64,000 nucleotides of DNA from Amoebophrya sp. A120. Taxonomy: Eukaryota > Protista > Dinoflagellata. Below, in pieces: positions 13,338 to 27,441 of the stretch. The first letter of the stretch is position 1. Each line of letters begins with the position of its first letter. Position numbers and translations under genes: made by a program. The notes beneath the pieces were generated by a model that saw nothing but the letters and a program-made list of their open reading frames with translations, did no database searches and was not told the DNA's origin. Location of the stretch: positions 11,200,634 through 11,264,633 of the forward strand of contig CAJINV010000002.1 in the NCBI GenBank assembly GCA_905178155.1, in the 5' to 3' direction.

Positions 13338-15520
13338 TGAATCCTCTCATTCGCCGAAACCGAAAAAGAAAATGCAGACTTGAGAAACAGAATGCCGGAG
13401 GCGGTAATTCTAATTACATGATACTAGAAACTTGAGTGATAAATAAATTGTACTCAGATAAAAACTCCAGAGAACAAGAATCAGCTGGCAGTTAGTCGTA
13501 GCTTACTACTTCCTCCTGGGCTGATCAAAGCAGCAAAGGGGAGGAAAAGCTGAAGCGCGATGTAGTTGATGCTTGTATTGAGCTTTATTCGAAATGAAAT
13601 AAAACCACGTGATTTATCGCGATTCTCACACGGAAATCGTGTAACTCAAGACATTTGATCAACACCAGCATAGTACACCGGCGAGCACAAATTTGGAGTC
13701 ACCCGATTCTGTAAAACTACCATGATTACTAAGGCTTGGCATTCATGAACCAACGCATCGTTCAAATATTCTTTATTCAACTGAAAACGCTTATGTCTTA
13801 TCGTCGAAGTCGAACAAAGAGAAAGTCTACTATTGGAACATCATTTGCAGATCGAAGATGTCGTTTTCGATGGAGTAAACATGTTTTGAACCTTTCAAAA
13901 TGAACCACCTACTTCTATGCTTCCGCCCACAGGCATATAGAAATGTGCAGAAGTCCAACTACGATGATGATACGTTTGTAACGTTAACGGCCAGACATCG
14001 GTCGGGCATCAAGCAGACATTGAAACTTTCTAAGTTTACAGGACTCGATGCATGCTGGCGATCGCCTTTCATCAAAGTTCTTACGGTATGTCACCTACCG
14101 ATGACCAATAGACATAGAAGGAAAATATAACGACCTCGTCAGCGCCGCCTTGAATGAAATGAGAAACAACACGAAGGATTGAGCAGGACGAAGCCATATC
14201 GGGATTTCCGTACCGCTAAGTGGTCATTGACCAGTGTTCCTGTGCGTGTGCTCTTGAGCTCTCGAGCGTAAGCTAATGACATCCAGGGAGTGAACCTCCG
14301 CACTGCATGTGCATGTGCGTACTTACTACAAAGATGGAACTTTATCTGCGCTTCGAGGTTGCAGCCGTGCTGCTAACAAGTGAAAGGAGCTTGTGCGCTG
14401 CAACCAGGAAAAATAAACGTCAAATTGCTTCAACTTAAGAATAAGATACACCAGCTCCTCTTCTTCCTCCCGTTGTCACTCACTGTCACCGTTTTCTTTG
14501 AAGAAGATGAAGAGGTTCATCTTCGTCTTTAGCTTCTCAAGACCCGGCATGAGCCTTGTCGGCGAATGATGGTGAAAAGATTATTTGTGTCCTGCTCCTC
14601 CCGAGGATAACTAATACATAGCCAAGCTTCCAGCTCACTTCGAGGCAAGAGAATCTGCTTGCAAAACATGGGACTGAGACTGACGTAACCGTAAGTTAAG
14701 ATTTCGCGATTTTCATCGGTGATTCTTCGAATACCTTGTTGTGTTTGTCATGGTCTTTGTCGTCAACCTCCGTTGGTTTTATTTGTATTCTGTTCGTCTT
14801 CTTCGATGGATTGTGGCGCGTGAACGATTTTCCGAGCGTCATAATTAGACCTCTTGATATCCTGCTTTCTGATCCCGGTCCGTCGAGCAGTTTCAGTTTC
14901 TCTTTTTTGTGTTTCTGTTTGTTTGTTTTTTCTTGCTTCATGTCCTAAATTTTTTTTGTTCCACGTCGTCAGTGTCTCGTCCGCCCACCGAATATGTTCA
15001 GCGTTCTTGGCTATTCTCCTTGTCGTGAAATATTTATTTGTCGGGCGAATCAATCATATCAGCCTTGGTTGAAGATATTGATAGTGACGTGAGTTGTAGT
15101 TTTCTTTTTTTTCTTTCACAGGTTCTTGAATGCCAGCGGCAAGAGGAGGCGCCAAAGGCAAACTCCCCCCTGGTGGCCGGGCACTGCTAAAACGGGCGGT
15201 GAAACGTCACTGGGGGTGCAGAAGTGGTCTACCCACTTCTGCAGAAGCACTTACCTTCTGGAATTGCACTACAGTATGTGGGAGGCTTTTACCGCTCACC
15301 TTGAGAAGCGCACACGTCATTCTTTTTTTTGATGAGAGCGAGTGAGATAAAGAGAAACCGCACATCAACAGGACCAGGAGGCGAGTCCTTCGACTCTGAC
15401 TCGTTCGTCTTCGTGTGCGTTTGATGGTGAAGGATAAGGCTCAGTGTGTCAAATAACAGAAGAACTGATGAGTGAAGACCGCACCGCTTCGTCCTCGTCA
15501 CCAACCGATACAAGATCAAG

Positions 15521-18302
15521 ATGAATACGACCGTCGACACGGTGGTGGACCGCTCCATGACCATGCCAAAGCTCGAGGCGTGGCCGTTATGGCGCCGTTT
15601 GCTCGTAATTTTGTTGGGCGTTGTCAGTTCGCTGCTCTGTGCCGGGCTGGTTTTTGGTTTTGCCGGTCTGTACCCACGACTGCTGCAGCGGGGTGTTTTT
15701 TACCAGGACTGCGTGGATCCCAGCCACTCGCTGTCCTCGCAGATACTGATTCCCAATGGAAGACAACCACGACTGGGTGAAGAAGTGCAAGTCGAGGGCG
15801 AACAACCGGCTGCAATCATACAGGCGGAAGACCTGTTACGCCCACGCGCGGCCGTAGAGCGTCGAGGATTTCCCGACATCATGCCACCCAAATTGGACGC
15901 GGCGTCAAAGTTTTTGTCTTTGCCGCAAACTGCAACCGAGGCAATTATCCGGAAAGCTACGACAACGCAGAGGAACAGATCTCGCTCTGGTGACTCTGAA
16001 AATATGTTGCAGATGATCAAAAGTGACGACTTCAACGACGCGCAAAAATCTACTACGGCCGATCTATCTGTCAGTGCGCCAAGAGCGGAGACCGCGGCCA
16101 AGGCCGCCCCATCAGCACGGACGATCATACTCCAAACCCCATCAGCAGACGACACCACAACCGCGGACAGTCTGAGTCGCACGACTAGAGAGAGCAACTA
16201 CCTCCTGGAGAACTACCTGTTGGAAGCCAGCACGGCTCCTCGTGTGCGCAGCGAAACTTCTCCGACGGCCTCGGCCAAGACGTGCAGTGCGCAGCAGCTG
16301 GACTTGAGCTTCATGTTTACGCTCGCAACGACGCTCCTGAATGTGACAGCGTTTGTGAGCGGGCTGCTCCTGGATAGCCTCGGACCCAAGTACGCGGCCT
16401 GCCTGGCGGCGCTCATCTCGGGATGCGGAAACTGGCTGTTTGGATACGGGTTCTACTACGTGGGCTTCCAGATGATGGCGGTGGCCGGCCCATTAGTTTA
16501 CATGGCCACGATTTCCTTTTCTAATCTGTACCCCCACCTTGGGGGGTTGATTACCTCTGCCTGCTATCCTATACCCGCGTTTCCCATTTCAATCCTCGAT
16601 TCGATTTGTAGTGCAACCGCAACCGCATGGGCGTAGAAAACTGTGTAACTACATACGAAAAATACCCTATGTATACCGAGTGCATGTGTAACCTTCGCTT
16701 GCTTGTCCTCAAGTGGTGCATTTCAAATTGAAACTCGAGTTGAAGTTTGTGAAGAAAAATTTGCATAGGATACCTTCGTCGGCTGCTTTGATGCCTCATC
16801 GTTCGTGTTTGTAATGTATGATGTGCACACCGAACTCAACTCCATCCCTCGCCTCCCTTACTTTCTCAGTCTCCTTCTATTTGCATTTGTTTTTGTAATG
16901 CAAAACGTCATGTTCACTCTATCATTATCTCAATCTCTCTCACTCTTTGCTCCTGGCATCGTTTGTTCTAAATCAACACACAAAGAAATTTGTATGTTGC
17001 TTTGATGTGGATTTCATGCGGATGCAGCTTCATTTTGCAGCCTCTTCATCATCTGTTTCCGACTTCGATTGCTCGTCTGGTAAAACTAAAACTAGATCGA
17101 CGCTCTTCGAATTAGGATTGCGGTCAGAGGGGCGAGTTGTACTAGTTGTGCATTTGCATATGAGCCTAGCTGCCTGCATGAGCTACCTCCCATTCGACGA
17201 CGTGTTCCAAACCTACAGCCTTGTCGGCCTTTCCTTGGCGGTGCTGTTTCTGCTGTTCTACCCGCGACTGCCCATCCGCGCGGAAGATGTGCGAGCCTGG
17301 GAATTGCAGGAACAACGGCGAGTCGAGGAAGAAAAGCAAAAGCGCGAAATGAAGAAGCAGAAGTCAAATGGCAAGACGCAAGCTGGCGACGCAACGGCAG
17401 ACGAGCCAACGCGAGACCGTCGCGACTCACGTCTCACCGAGGCTGACGCGACCACCATCCAAGTAGCCGCGGATCAAGATGAGGAGGAGTTGGAGCGGGA
17501 CAAGCGGTACCAGCAGCTCCTGGAGGACCAGGACAATTTTGCCAAGTACGACGGGCTCACCCTGCTGGAACAGATTCAGACGCCGGACTTTCTCCTCTTC
17601 GCCTTCAGCGCCAGTTGCTACATGGTGCGCCTCAACTTTTTCATAGAGTCCGTGCCCCTGCAGATGCAGCAGTTTTCACTTAGCAGCGAAGAGGCCGATA
17701 TCCGCACGCATATCTTCTCGGTCATGCTACCAGCGGCAGGTACGTGAACTACTTTTTAGTGAACTGGTAGCATAAAGACGCACCAGCACAAAGCGCAAGC
17801 AGCACGCGAGCATTTTTTTCTTAAGCTCATTGTCATTGTTGTTCATCTACGTCTACTAGCAGAGACCACACCTCAGCAAGTCCTAAACTTCTTCTGTTTG
17901 ATAAACAATACGCACTGCTCGAGATTTATTCCGTTTTTTGGCTATTCATCAAGTGAGAGGGAGTCCGTGATGTAAATTGATGCAACTCTTAACAAAGGCA
18001 TCGTCGGGATTCCAATTATTGGGTATTTGACCGATCATTGTGGATTGATGTGTTCCTGGGTGGCGTTGTGGGTGCTTTTTCTGCTGTCCCAACTCCTGCA
18101 GGAGCTCGATTGCATGTACACAGCCTTTGTGTGCTTCACCCTAGCCCGACCTTTGACGTACACCCTGATCGCCACCTTCTCCAGCCGCAGGTTCGGGCTC
18201 GCCAGCTTCGGGAAATTGTACGGCGCTATCATGTCCATTGCAGGGATCGTCAACTCATCGCAATACCTCCTCCACCTCTGCGTCCTGCGCCTGTATTTTT
18301 GA
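15521..18302 (+). CDS. MFS transporter, SLC43/LAT3/FMP42-like; 3' end unresolved
   Basis: TM1 reads LLCAGLVFGFAGLYPRL. Other family-like motifs are GLLLDSLGPK, spliced ITSAFVGCFDASSFVF, EQIQTPDF, PIIGYLTDHCG and FGLASFGKLYG. Introns lie near 16565-16777, 16817-17162 and 17740-17997. Confidence 0.8.
16560..16777 (+). mobile_element. Introner-like intron (TATCCTAT...ATAGGATA, imperfect direct repeat CCTGC/CCTTC)
   Basis: The core spans 16565-16772. Its removal restores the family-typical G.FDASS motif in frame. Confidence 0.7.
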
Positions 18303-18882
18303 TACAACTATGTACATACCTAGCGTACACGACTTTCATTATTTCTTACGTAAGTTATTTTGCGCGGCAGCGGCTTGCCCTTGCCCAAGAAGGAACTGCA
18401 AAACATAAGCCGCGCACGATTACAAGACGCCCACGAATACGCACTATCGTCTCGTCATGTAAACGCAAAGCTTAAACTACTTGGCAACCAACTGAAAAAT
18501 TGTCGCGACCGTGCCACCGAGCGCCAGAAATATGGAACCCATATCCGCTACCGCTCGGGTTTGCAGTGCCACTACCCCCACGGACGAGCGGTATTTTCAC
18601 CCCATTCGCGCAGGACCACATCTATCAGCCACAATGGTCGGGATCGGACACCTTTCTTCAGAAATACAGCTTGATGGTGAAGCCATCATGCCGATGCGCT
18701 GTCTTTTTAAGTACTTTTTATTAACGGTGTGAAGAATCCATTCTCCCGAACATTCGAAAAATACTGCGCGCGACATATCTGGTCTGCTGGTTCCCTGGCC
18801 TTGAAACCTAGCGCGAAGGTGCGTCTGTAGCTCTTGCGCGACTCGCAGGAAGCGGGAATGCTTTGGGCTTCTGGATGTTTTT

Positions 18883-19215
18883 AAAATTTGCAAAATGTAA
18901 AATTTGCGGGCAAACTTTCCGGCAAATGTGCGGCTAAAATAGTGCTGCAGCAAATTTGTGTCAAATTTCCGACAAATTTGATGCAAATTTTCAACGATTT
19001 GCAGCAAACTTTTTGCGTCGCAATACTGCGTCGCAATATTGCGACGTCTCCTGAAAGAGTTTGTTCTAGGACTCTAGTCCCGTTTGTTGGCGTGTTGGCG
19101 CGACGCATTTTCGAGCGCGACATAGCAAATTTGAAGCCAGCCAGAAGCAAATTTGAAGCAAATAGAAGCAAATTCGAAGCAAATTTGCAGCAAATTTGAT
19201 GTAGCAAATTTTGTT
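18883..19215. repeat. Cluster of degenerate GCAAATTTG(C) palindromic short repeats
   Basis: More than 12 copies of caaattt/gcaaatttg, e.g. gaagcaaatttgaagcaaatagaagcaaattcgaagcaaatttgcagcaaatttga (19144-19200). Confidence 0.7.
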
Positions 19216-21060
19216 GCGCCCCCCACTGAGGCTGTCGCCTTCCCGTAAGCTTGTGAGCGAGGGCCGCGCATGGTCTCGCCAGATCTGGTGGCTCGGTGGG
19301 ACGCAAAGCTAGCTGCCTGCGTCTCGTTTCTTCTTTAAAAAAAAAGCCGCGGACAATATTTTTCGATGACGGCCAGAATGGATACTTTAAAGCGCTAATT
19401 TTAGTTCCACTCAACGTCAACACGATCAGGCCTAGTCGGCATTCCAGTCAACGGCTTTCTCACGGATCAGTGCGGCACGGTGGCTATGGACAAAAGGAAA
19501 AGCGTACTAGTTGCCTCTGCGCCTATTTTTTTCTTTAGTGGGTGCTTATTTGTGTTTCTTTGTATTTCACCTTGCATTGGCTCATAGTCGGACTGAGCAG
19601 ATTGAAGATTGGTTTGATGTCTCATAGGAGGTGCAGCTATAGGACGAACAATGTGAGAAAAAAGTTGTCCTTACGTCTTTAGACTTGAATCCGATTGTGT
19701 TCGGGTGCCGGTGCCGTTAAAGCTCAAGGCAATGCTGGCAAGTGCAAAGTCACACTCCTAGGCACCATGTGTGCGAGGAAAGGAACGTGTCTGTGAAAAA
19801 ATGGTGTGGCCGCTTAATATAATTACGCCTTTTCCTTTTCATAATCCCGAGCTGGGCTGCGTTGTGGTTTTTCTTTCTTGCCTTTCAGCTGTGCTTTGAG
19901 CTCGGGCTATCAAAGAAGAGAACCCGCACCCATTACACGACACAGCCTGTACGACTTTAAAATACTTACAAGATGCAAATGTTGAAAATATCTGTCTCTG
20001 TGCATTGTTCTTGGTTCGTGCGCGACATTTGAAATAGCAACGACCAGCATCGTCACAGTCATTCTTCTTGTTGATGTTGTCATCGACATTGTGATCTGGG
20101 TGCGCTTTTCCTGTCTACGCAGATGGTTTTTGTCCTCCTTTGTCTTCATCTGCCTCGCCCGACCGCTGTTCTACACCATTTATGATGGCTGTCGCTTGGA
20201 AATACTGACGGCGCTGCAGAAGACCCCAGGGCCAGTGGCCCACTCCTATGTTATTTTTTGGTTTTCGTTTTGGAAAAACAAAAATACTTATTCACATTGT
20301 TGTGTGTTGTAACAAATGCATTCATCGCCATCGCGGAGGCGGAGCAAGAGCTTCGACGAGGTCGATGCAGCGAGCAGAGTCATGATTTGCTTTTGCTCGA
20401 AAAATAAAAGTAAAAGCATCAAACCGAGAAGAAGGCTCGTGTTTATCACGCAGTCGATACACATCCGCAGGCATCGATCTTAGCATGAAGGTCGTTCTTA
20501 CCTCGACCGTGGGAGATAGATTTAGCAAAGAACAACACACAGGGCAAATGCCACAAATCACGGGATTTCCAAGCGCATGCCGAGATTGCCGTCTTTACCG
20601 GCCGCCATTTTGGGTTTCAGACGTTCGGCAAGCTTTATGGGACAGTGTGCTCGGTGGCAGGGTTGGTTATCAAACTGCAATTTCTGCGTAAGGGTCTTGC
20701 TCCTTACTAGTTGGTTGCTTGCAAATGGCAATACATCGTACGGAAAGCCGCAGTCTCCATGGAGATTCTACTTTTCATTTCTTCTCTATTGACTCAGTTG
20801 CCTGGTGCCATGGAAGCGACCGAGCGTAAGCATCTGCTTCAAAACCATTTTGCATTCTGTCTATCTCGGCAAACCCTGAAGATATGCGCAAGATGGCATA
20901 CTGGCTAACGCTTCGCAATACTACTTGAACAAAGTCCTCGTCCAAAGTGTGTATTTCTATTTCCTACTCCCGTTGTAATCATGCGTGGCATATTACTACT
21001 TTTTCGAATTTGCAACGAGCCGCTGCTCATAGATGAGATCTCAATACTGTAGTCCCCTAC

Positions 21061-21738
21061 ATGAATTTGAATTATGTCAACCACATGAAAATGATACCTA
21101 ATTCTAATACACCACACAACAGCTACGACGGCAATTACGTTCCAGTGAATCGTCTTTTGACCACGGTGCAGGTTTTCACGATCGCCCTTCCAGTCTACCT
21201 TTTCTACGACGCAAAGAATCGGTGGGCCGCTGACCAAGTGGGGAAGAACGACGTTGCGTTTGCTGGAACACGACTCAAAAATATGATGGTCAGCATGGAC
21301 GTTGACACAACGGAGCAACCACCCGGTGGAATAAGAGCATTTGGTAGTACCAGCAACATCAACATGAGCAACAACGCGGCAAAAAATCTCCTGATGAAGG
21401 GGGCGAAAGACGGCGCAGCTGCTGATATGCGAAACACGAACAACTACAGCAACGACTTCGACGCAAATAATCTGAACAAGGTGCACCCAACTGCGTCGCA
21501 ACCTCCGACCGGTTACGGTTACGGTGGCCCTGCTCCCGAGAGTGCTGCAGCACGAACATCCGCAGGCGCTCGTAGCTCTTTCCCGCCGAGCATGCAGCAC
21601 GCTAGAAGCTGGCCGCGGGCAACAGCTTCACGGCACACGCAGCGAAGCGACGAACCGCAGTTGTCTATGTTCAATAGTCCGACAGAGTCTATCGGCGCTT
21701 TATCGCGCGTATCCCAGGCTTCGATACGGTTCGCATGA
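21061..21738 (+). CDS. Probable terminal exon of a hypothetical membrane protein (upstream exons probably near 19.9-20.9 kb)
   Basis: 225-aa ORF with a hydrophobic segment (LLTTVQVFTIALPVYLFY) and a low-complexity tail. Hydrophobic short ORFs lie upstream. Confidence 0.45.
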   Translation: MNLNYVNHMKMIPNSNTPHNSYDGNYVPVNRLLTTVQVFTIALPVYLFYDAKNRWAADQVGKNDVAFAGTRLKNMMVSMDVDTTEQPPGGIRAFGSTSNINMSNNAAKNLLMKGAKDGAAADMRNTNNYSNDFDANNLNKVHPTASQPPTGYGYGGPAPESAAARTSAGARSSFPPSMQHARSWPRATASRHTQRSDEPQLSMFNSPTESIGALSRVSQASIRFA

Positions 21739-24700
21739 ACTCAAGAATTGGAAATTCGCAGGGCAGCGGCAACCGCGGCGCGGCGGCTGGAATTGCAGTG
21801 CAACAGCGCCGCCGCCGGTGCGCCATGGGTTTCTGCGACGCCTTGCTCAGTGAGCATCGACTCGCGTAGATACTTTTTTTGTCTGCTCTATTCATGATAC
21901 CCAGTGTAGTCGTAGTAAGTCGCAAGCCCTCAACGCCCCCATTTAATACGCGATTCAAAAGCATGCGACATACATACGTACTTTTTCACTTTCACAATTT
22001 TAATATGACAACCAACTCAAAAACAAGAAGAAGACAACAAAACTAAACACCGGAAACAGAAAACACACCTGGAGCCCATCATTATCAAGTTAGAAGACGA
22101 CACACGCTGGACACACTTGTATTTCCCTTCAGCGGCCTTCCTTGATGAAAAAGAAAATGAACGACATCTATCGCCCGTTCGCGTACATTAATATTGCATG
22201 AATAGATTCAGTAGGACTTGCTGAAAATGAACGAACCCGATCGGTCGCGACGGTTAGGTCTCCAAATTGTGTGGACATAGATATGATGAATTTCCAGTAA
22301 GATCGTCACACTTTAAATAAAATGGTTCTTTCGAGAAGAGTGTTACAAGTATGAAAATGCTGACGCGTGTTCTGCTTCTGTATCTGCATCTGAGTCATTA
22401 AATCAGAATGCAAATATCCATTCATATTGTTATCTGATGATTGGATTAGAGGAATCCTCGTCTGTCTCGAATTTTCAAGAAAGAGAAACTCGAATTCTTA
22501 CATATTTTCCCGCAAAAATCTATATGATAACGATAAGACAGAAGAATAAAGATTGCTAGATTATTCCTCTTTAGGATTTGATTCCAGATCCATCGAATTG
22601 AACGAAAAAAATAGTGTGAGAGTTTCGGATTTCGAAGAATATTTTTCGATGGTTCGTTCTAGGTGGAATTTTCAAGGATAAAATCGAGAGGTTGATTGGA
22701 TTCATGTTGTGTGGATCGACTGATTTTTTGAAGTCATCGGATAAATTTTCAAAAATTTCCAAAAAAATAAAAATTGTGTCGTTGTGATTTCTTTCTTTTT
22801 TTTTCCATGTCAGCGCATGGTATCAATTTTTCGAGGTTCTAAAATGAAATATCCAATTTTCAATTCTCATATCTGATCACTCTTGTGGTCGACATCAAAT
22901 TTAAATCATCTAAAAATAAATTAAAATTAAAATTTATGATCGATGAATATAGAAGAAAGTCAAAATGTGTGTCGATATGATTTTGTGAAAGAATAGAAAA
23001 ATATGATTGTTTGGTGATCATATCAATCTAGTAGGTCGGAATTGCAGGTGAGGAGGATAATTAATGTTTTCGATTTCTTCATTTTTTTCTTAAATTTCTC
23101 TTCGAAAACTAACAAAACAAATCGAGAACAGAAGATGTTTGTTTGTTTGTTGAGATTGGTCACATGGAACCGGTTGAAAGTTGTCCTTTCTTCTCATGTG
23201 TCTAGCGCTACTTCAATAAAAAGCACAACCTGGCGGAGCTGCTTTGGCACCCGCCTTAGAAAAACTTACTGCTGCTGGGAGCGATAAACTTTTAGAAAAA
23301 CTAAAACTACAGAAAAAGAGTGTTGCAAGTAAGAGTCTTTTCTTTCTGTTACGAGTACGAAGCTTTGTAAAACCAAAGAAAGTAAAACCGTTAAAGTCGA
23401 GATAAATAAAGTTAAAAAGTTGGTGTCGAAAGTTCGAAGGGTTCGGAAGAGTTGTAGAGTCTGTTCCTGTCGTACCAGTTTGTTTTTCAAAGTTCAGAAG
23501 TTACAAAAGTCCGAAAATAAAATTAGTAGTTGTTGTTTTTTGAACTTGTTCCTTTTTTTTTTGTCTTTTTTACTTTTTCCTCTGTGGTTGTTGCTCGCTG
23601 CAGGTCTACTCGGATCTGTCTTACGCTTCTATCAAACCACTCGCCTACACTAAAGTTCTTTTTTTTTTTACCTCTTGTTTTAAAACGTTGTCCTTTTTGC
23701 AGCAGCTAAAGGTAGAGATTGAAGCTTTGTTTTGGAAAAGCGCGAAGGAACGGTCTGGAAGTGCGCGACTAGTAAGTTTTTAGTTTTGCCGTGGAGCTCG
23801 AAGTAGCACTATCTACGCTGCGTCGTGACCTGTGCGCGCCCCCAGGATAACCTCACTCACCCCGTGGCCCTACCGTGTGCACAGCGGATAGCTGCAACAA
23901 ACGTTGTCCGTCTAAGTATCCATCCACGGTCTAGGTCGCCATCATATCATAGATATCACCACTACCGCTGGCCCATCCTGGGTTGTCAGCCCTTGGCGAC
24001 TATGAGGGAGGCCGGGCGTGGATCACTTTTGCGTCGGTGGATAAAAAGGAGAGATATTTAGCGTCTTCGGGTGTGTGGTTGCGCGCCCACCTCGGGCCGG
24101 GTGCCTGGCTGCGTGCTCGTTCGCCACGCCTGGGGGTATTTTGTCCGTCCTCCCCTTTCGGTGCTTCCACCTGATATCATTGCACTCCGGGCCCTAGTCG
24201 GGATGTCAGTCCGACTAGACTATGGTGGCCTGGCGCAGGTCACTTGCGGTGGTACTTCTGATCGGAGGGGTGGCCTCTTTGTGCGCCCCCTGCGGCGCGC
24301 GATCTTTTTGCGTCGGGTTGCTACGCAGCGTAGTAGCTGCCGGGGTCGAGAACAGAAGATAACTAATGATCACACAAAAAATAAAAAATATTCCTCCACA
24401 ATATGAAAGAATTTATTGATCGACCATCCTATCTTTCATGATGATATTATGATGATGCTCGATGATGATAATATTAGGAATAACCAATATTCTATAGAAT
24501 ATGAGTGAATCCGAAATCTATTTCGATGATTTTGTTTTCTCTTCATATCTACTATGTTCTGGCGCATCCGATGAGGGAATTTGGGTGGAATTTCGTGGAA
24601 TTTCTCGGAGAAAAAAAATTTCTCAGCGCCGGGCCCGGAGTGTAGGTAGCTAACAGCCGTGTGGTCGTTGTGTGAAAGATTTTTCCGCAGGGACAGCAGC

Positions 24701-25230
24701 CGGTGTGTTCTCTGGCGCAGGTTATCGGGGTAGACTACCCGCGTCTCCTTCTGTCCAAATATGGGGGCACATATTAGCAAGCGTGGGGAAACAGACAGCA
24801 GCGTCGTGCTCTTGAGGGTAGTCGAATCCCGATAACATGAAACCTATATCTTGCGCCAATTATTCGCAGCCCTGGACCCGAACTGCCCACGCAGGGCAAA
24901 GCTGTAGCGTTTTCGCCTGTTGCCCCTATTCTGGCGCCCGGTATGTAGTGCAATGTGCCGCTTGGGTGTAGTGCCATATCGGATATTTATGTCCGGATTT
25001 TCACTTTGGAAGAGTTGTGTTGTCTTGTGGTTGCTTCCGGGTGGGTCGCGACCTAGGTCGGAGGTCGTGTCAATCCTCTGGGTGCCTCATATTTGACATT
25101 TGCCAGAAATTTGTTTTCTTTTTGTTTTCCTTGTGTAGGAAATTTATCTGGAATTCATTTGGAATTTATCTGGAATTTGCCAACCACGACGCTATGACGA
25201 AATTCCCGAATTAGCCGGGGCAAGCTTCAA

Positions 25231-25527
25231 GGAAAATCTCGGAGAATCTCCTTGGCCCAAGGAGATTCTCCTGGACCCCCAGGAGAATCTCCTCCCTCCC
25301 CTCCTCCTCTCTCCTAATTTTCCATTTTTTTCTTCTTTCTTTTTTTTTCTTTTCTTTCTTTTTCCTTCATTTGCTTCCTTTTCCATCATTTGCTTCCTTT
25401 TCCTTCATTTCCTTCTATTTCCTTCACTTCCTCCCGCTGTCTCGCTCCCCTTCTCCCAAGGAGAATCTCCTTGGCAAGGAGATTCTCCCCGAACGTGGGA
25501 GAATCTCCTTGCCAAGGAGATTCTCAT
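25231..25527. repeat. Two clusters of the palindrome GGAGAATCTCCTTGG(C)CAAGGAGATTCTCC separated by a polypyrimidine tract
   Basis: The clusters are at 25241-25291 and 25456-25525, with a T/C-rich spacer at about 25292-25455. Confidence 0.75.
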
Positions 25528-26507
25528 AGCCCGCCAGAAAACCACAAAAGCAGAACTTATCGCCCTTGGACGCCCGGGCGCAGTGCAATGCCAGGGGCGA
25601 GGCGCCCTCTGCGGCCCAAGCCGCACCTTCAAGGGCGGGCGCACTGCCCTATGCGGCCCGACGCAGACGCAAGCTCAAGGGCGCAAGGCCCTACGAAGCC
25701 TTTCCCGGGCGCCCTGCCGACTATGGCGCCGCGCTCGAGGGCGGTTTGCCCCATGCAACCTCACATCAACATCAAGTGCACTGCCCTATAAAGCCCGAAG
25801 AACGGCCGCAATTTCACGGCCATTTTGCGCGATGTGGCCGGTGCTGGGTCGCAACGAAAAGCAAGTCGCCCCTCGACCGCTTTACCGGCAACTCGCCTCT
25901 CAGCCGTTCGCACCACAGCGCATCAGAGGCAGATCACCCCGCACCCGCTCCGAAGCGACCTCAAAGGCAAACCACCCCCACGACCAACTAGAATCGACCT
26001 CAAACGAAACACAAATCGCGCCAGGCAAGTCGCACAACAAAAGCTCAACCCCAACCAAGGGCCAGGCGCCCGGCAGCCGCTCAGGCGCTGCATGCTTGCG
26101 CGCAATTTGAAAGGGAGGCCACCCCTCAGCAACTCCAGCGTGATTGCAAGAGCAGCGCGCCCCGGGCTGTTCATCTGGCGCGATTTCAAGGGCGCCCCGC
26201 CAAATCGGGCCCTTTTTAACGGCCGGAACAGCAGGCCCTGCAACTTGCGGCGACCGGCACCCCAGCCACACACTGAGATGGTGACTCGGCAGCAAACCCG
26301 TGGACCCACGACCCGGGGTAGCCCGAGAACAGCACTCCAAATGCCCACACCCAAGAAGCAAAAACGCGCCCCCGTGGAAAGAATTTTCGCCGGCCAGCCG
26401 CGAGCGAACGCGTATGGCCCTCGGCGTAGGGCAACGAAGAAGAAGGGCACGCCCGCGGCAGGCGCGCGAAAAAAATTGTGTCGGCCACCCGTGCAAGAAA
26501 CTAGAAG

Positions 26508-26607
26508 NNNNNNNNNNNNNNNNNNNNNNNNNNNNNNNNNNNNNNNNNNNNNNNNNNNNNNNNNNNNNNNNNNNNNNNNNNNNNNNNNNNNNNNNNNNNN
26601 NNNNNNN
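26508..26607. other. Assembly gap (100 N)
   Basis: Run of N. Confidence 1.
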
Positions 26608-27441
26608 AACAGGATTTATTTCCAGAAAATAATTATCGATTGTTTCTGTTTTTGGTTTTGATTTTTCTGATTTATAGTTGATTTGTGATGCAAGAAATAG
26701 TCGATTAGATTGCAAATCCGGCGTCGAAATCGATAAAGAATTTTCACAGTTTTCGAATAGTTTTTTGCACTTCCGGAATAGATCGATTCGATTTTTATTC
26801 TGGTTGAAGTGTCAAGTGGTGGAGAACAATACAGGCATCAGAAGTTAGGTAGATTTTTTTCAAGGCATAAGATTTTTCATCTTTCAGCACCTGTTTTTTT
26901 TCAAAAAATAACGAATCCCATCGGGATATTTGAGATTGTTGGTAGATTCGGATCGTAATTCTTATCGATTATTCTCATCGAGGATCGAGAGTAGCACCCT
27001 GTTTCGGCATCCCTTCTCCGCAGCCCTGGCCAGGTTGTTGGGATCCTTTGTCGAAGTAGGCTCGAGTCCATCCCTAGGAGTTTCGATCCCTTCTCCGCAT
27101 TCGTCTCCCATTTACCGGGGCAGTCTACCTAATCCCAAGCTGATTCTGAACTCATATCCCATTAGAATTCTAGCCCGAACGCGGTTGATCTTTTTCCAGA
27201 TTTCCGTTTCCGTTTTCTGATATTTTTTTCATTTTTATCTGTTGAGATTCCGACCGAGAAGTAGGAGAATTGTTATTTCTTTCTTATTTTTTTTCTGAAA
27301 CAAGTCGCGCCCTATCTCTGAGCAATCCTCGTTTTCAAACAACGAGAAAGACGGCAAGTAGTTGGTTTGGACGTGTTGAGGCCGTGAGCGCCCGTTTTCT
27401 GGCTACTAGGCGCGATAAAGACATCCGAGACAAAATCCAAA

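Noticed and set aside
20601-20620. Possible dinoflagellate spliced-leader relic (gccattttgg)
   Set aside because: Only about 10 nt match the 22-nt leader, which is compatible with chance.
25390-26715. Overlapping ORFs in the GC-rich left flank (and 45132-45791 on the right)
   Set aside because: They are Arg/Pro-rich, open on several frames because of GC content, run through N gaps and show no motifs.
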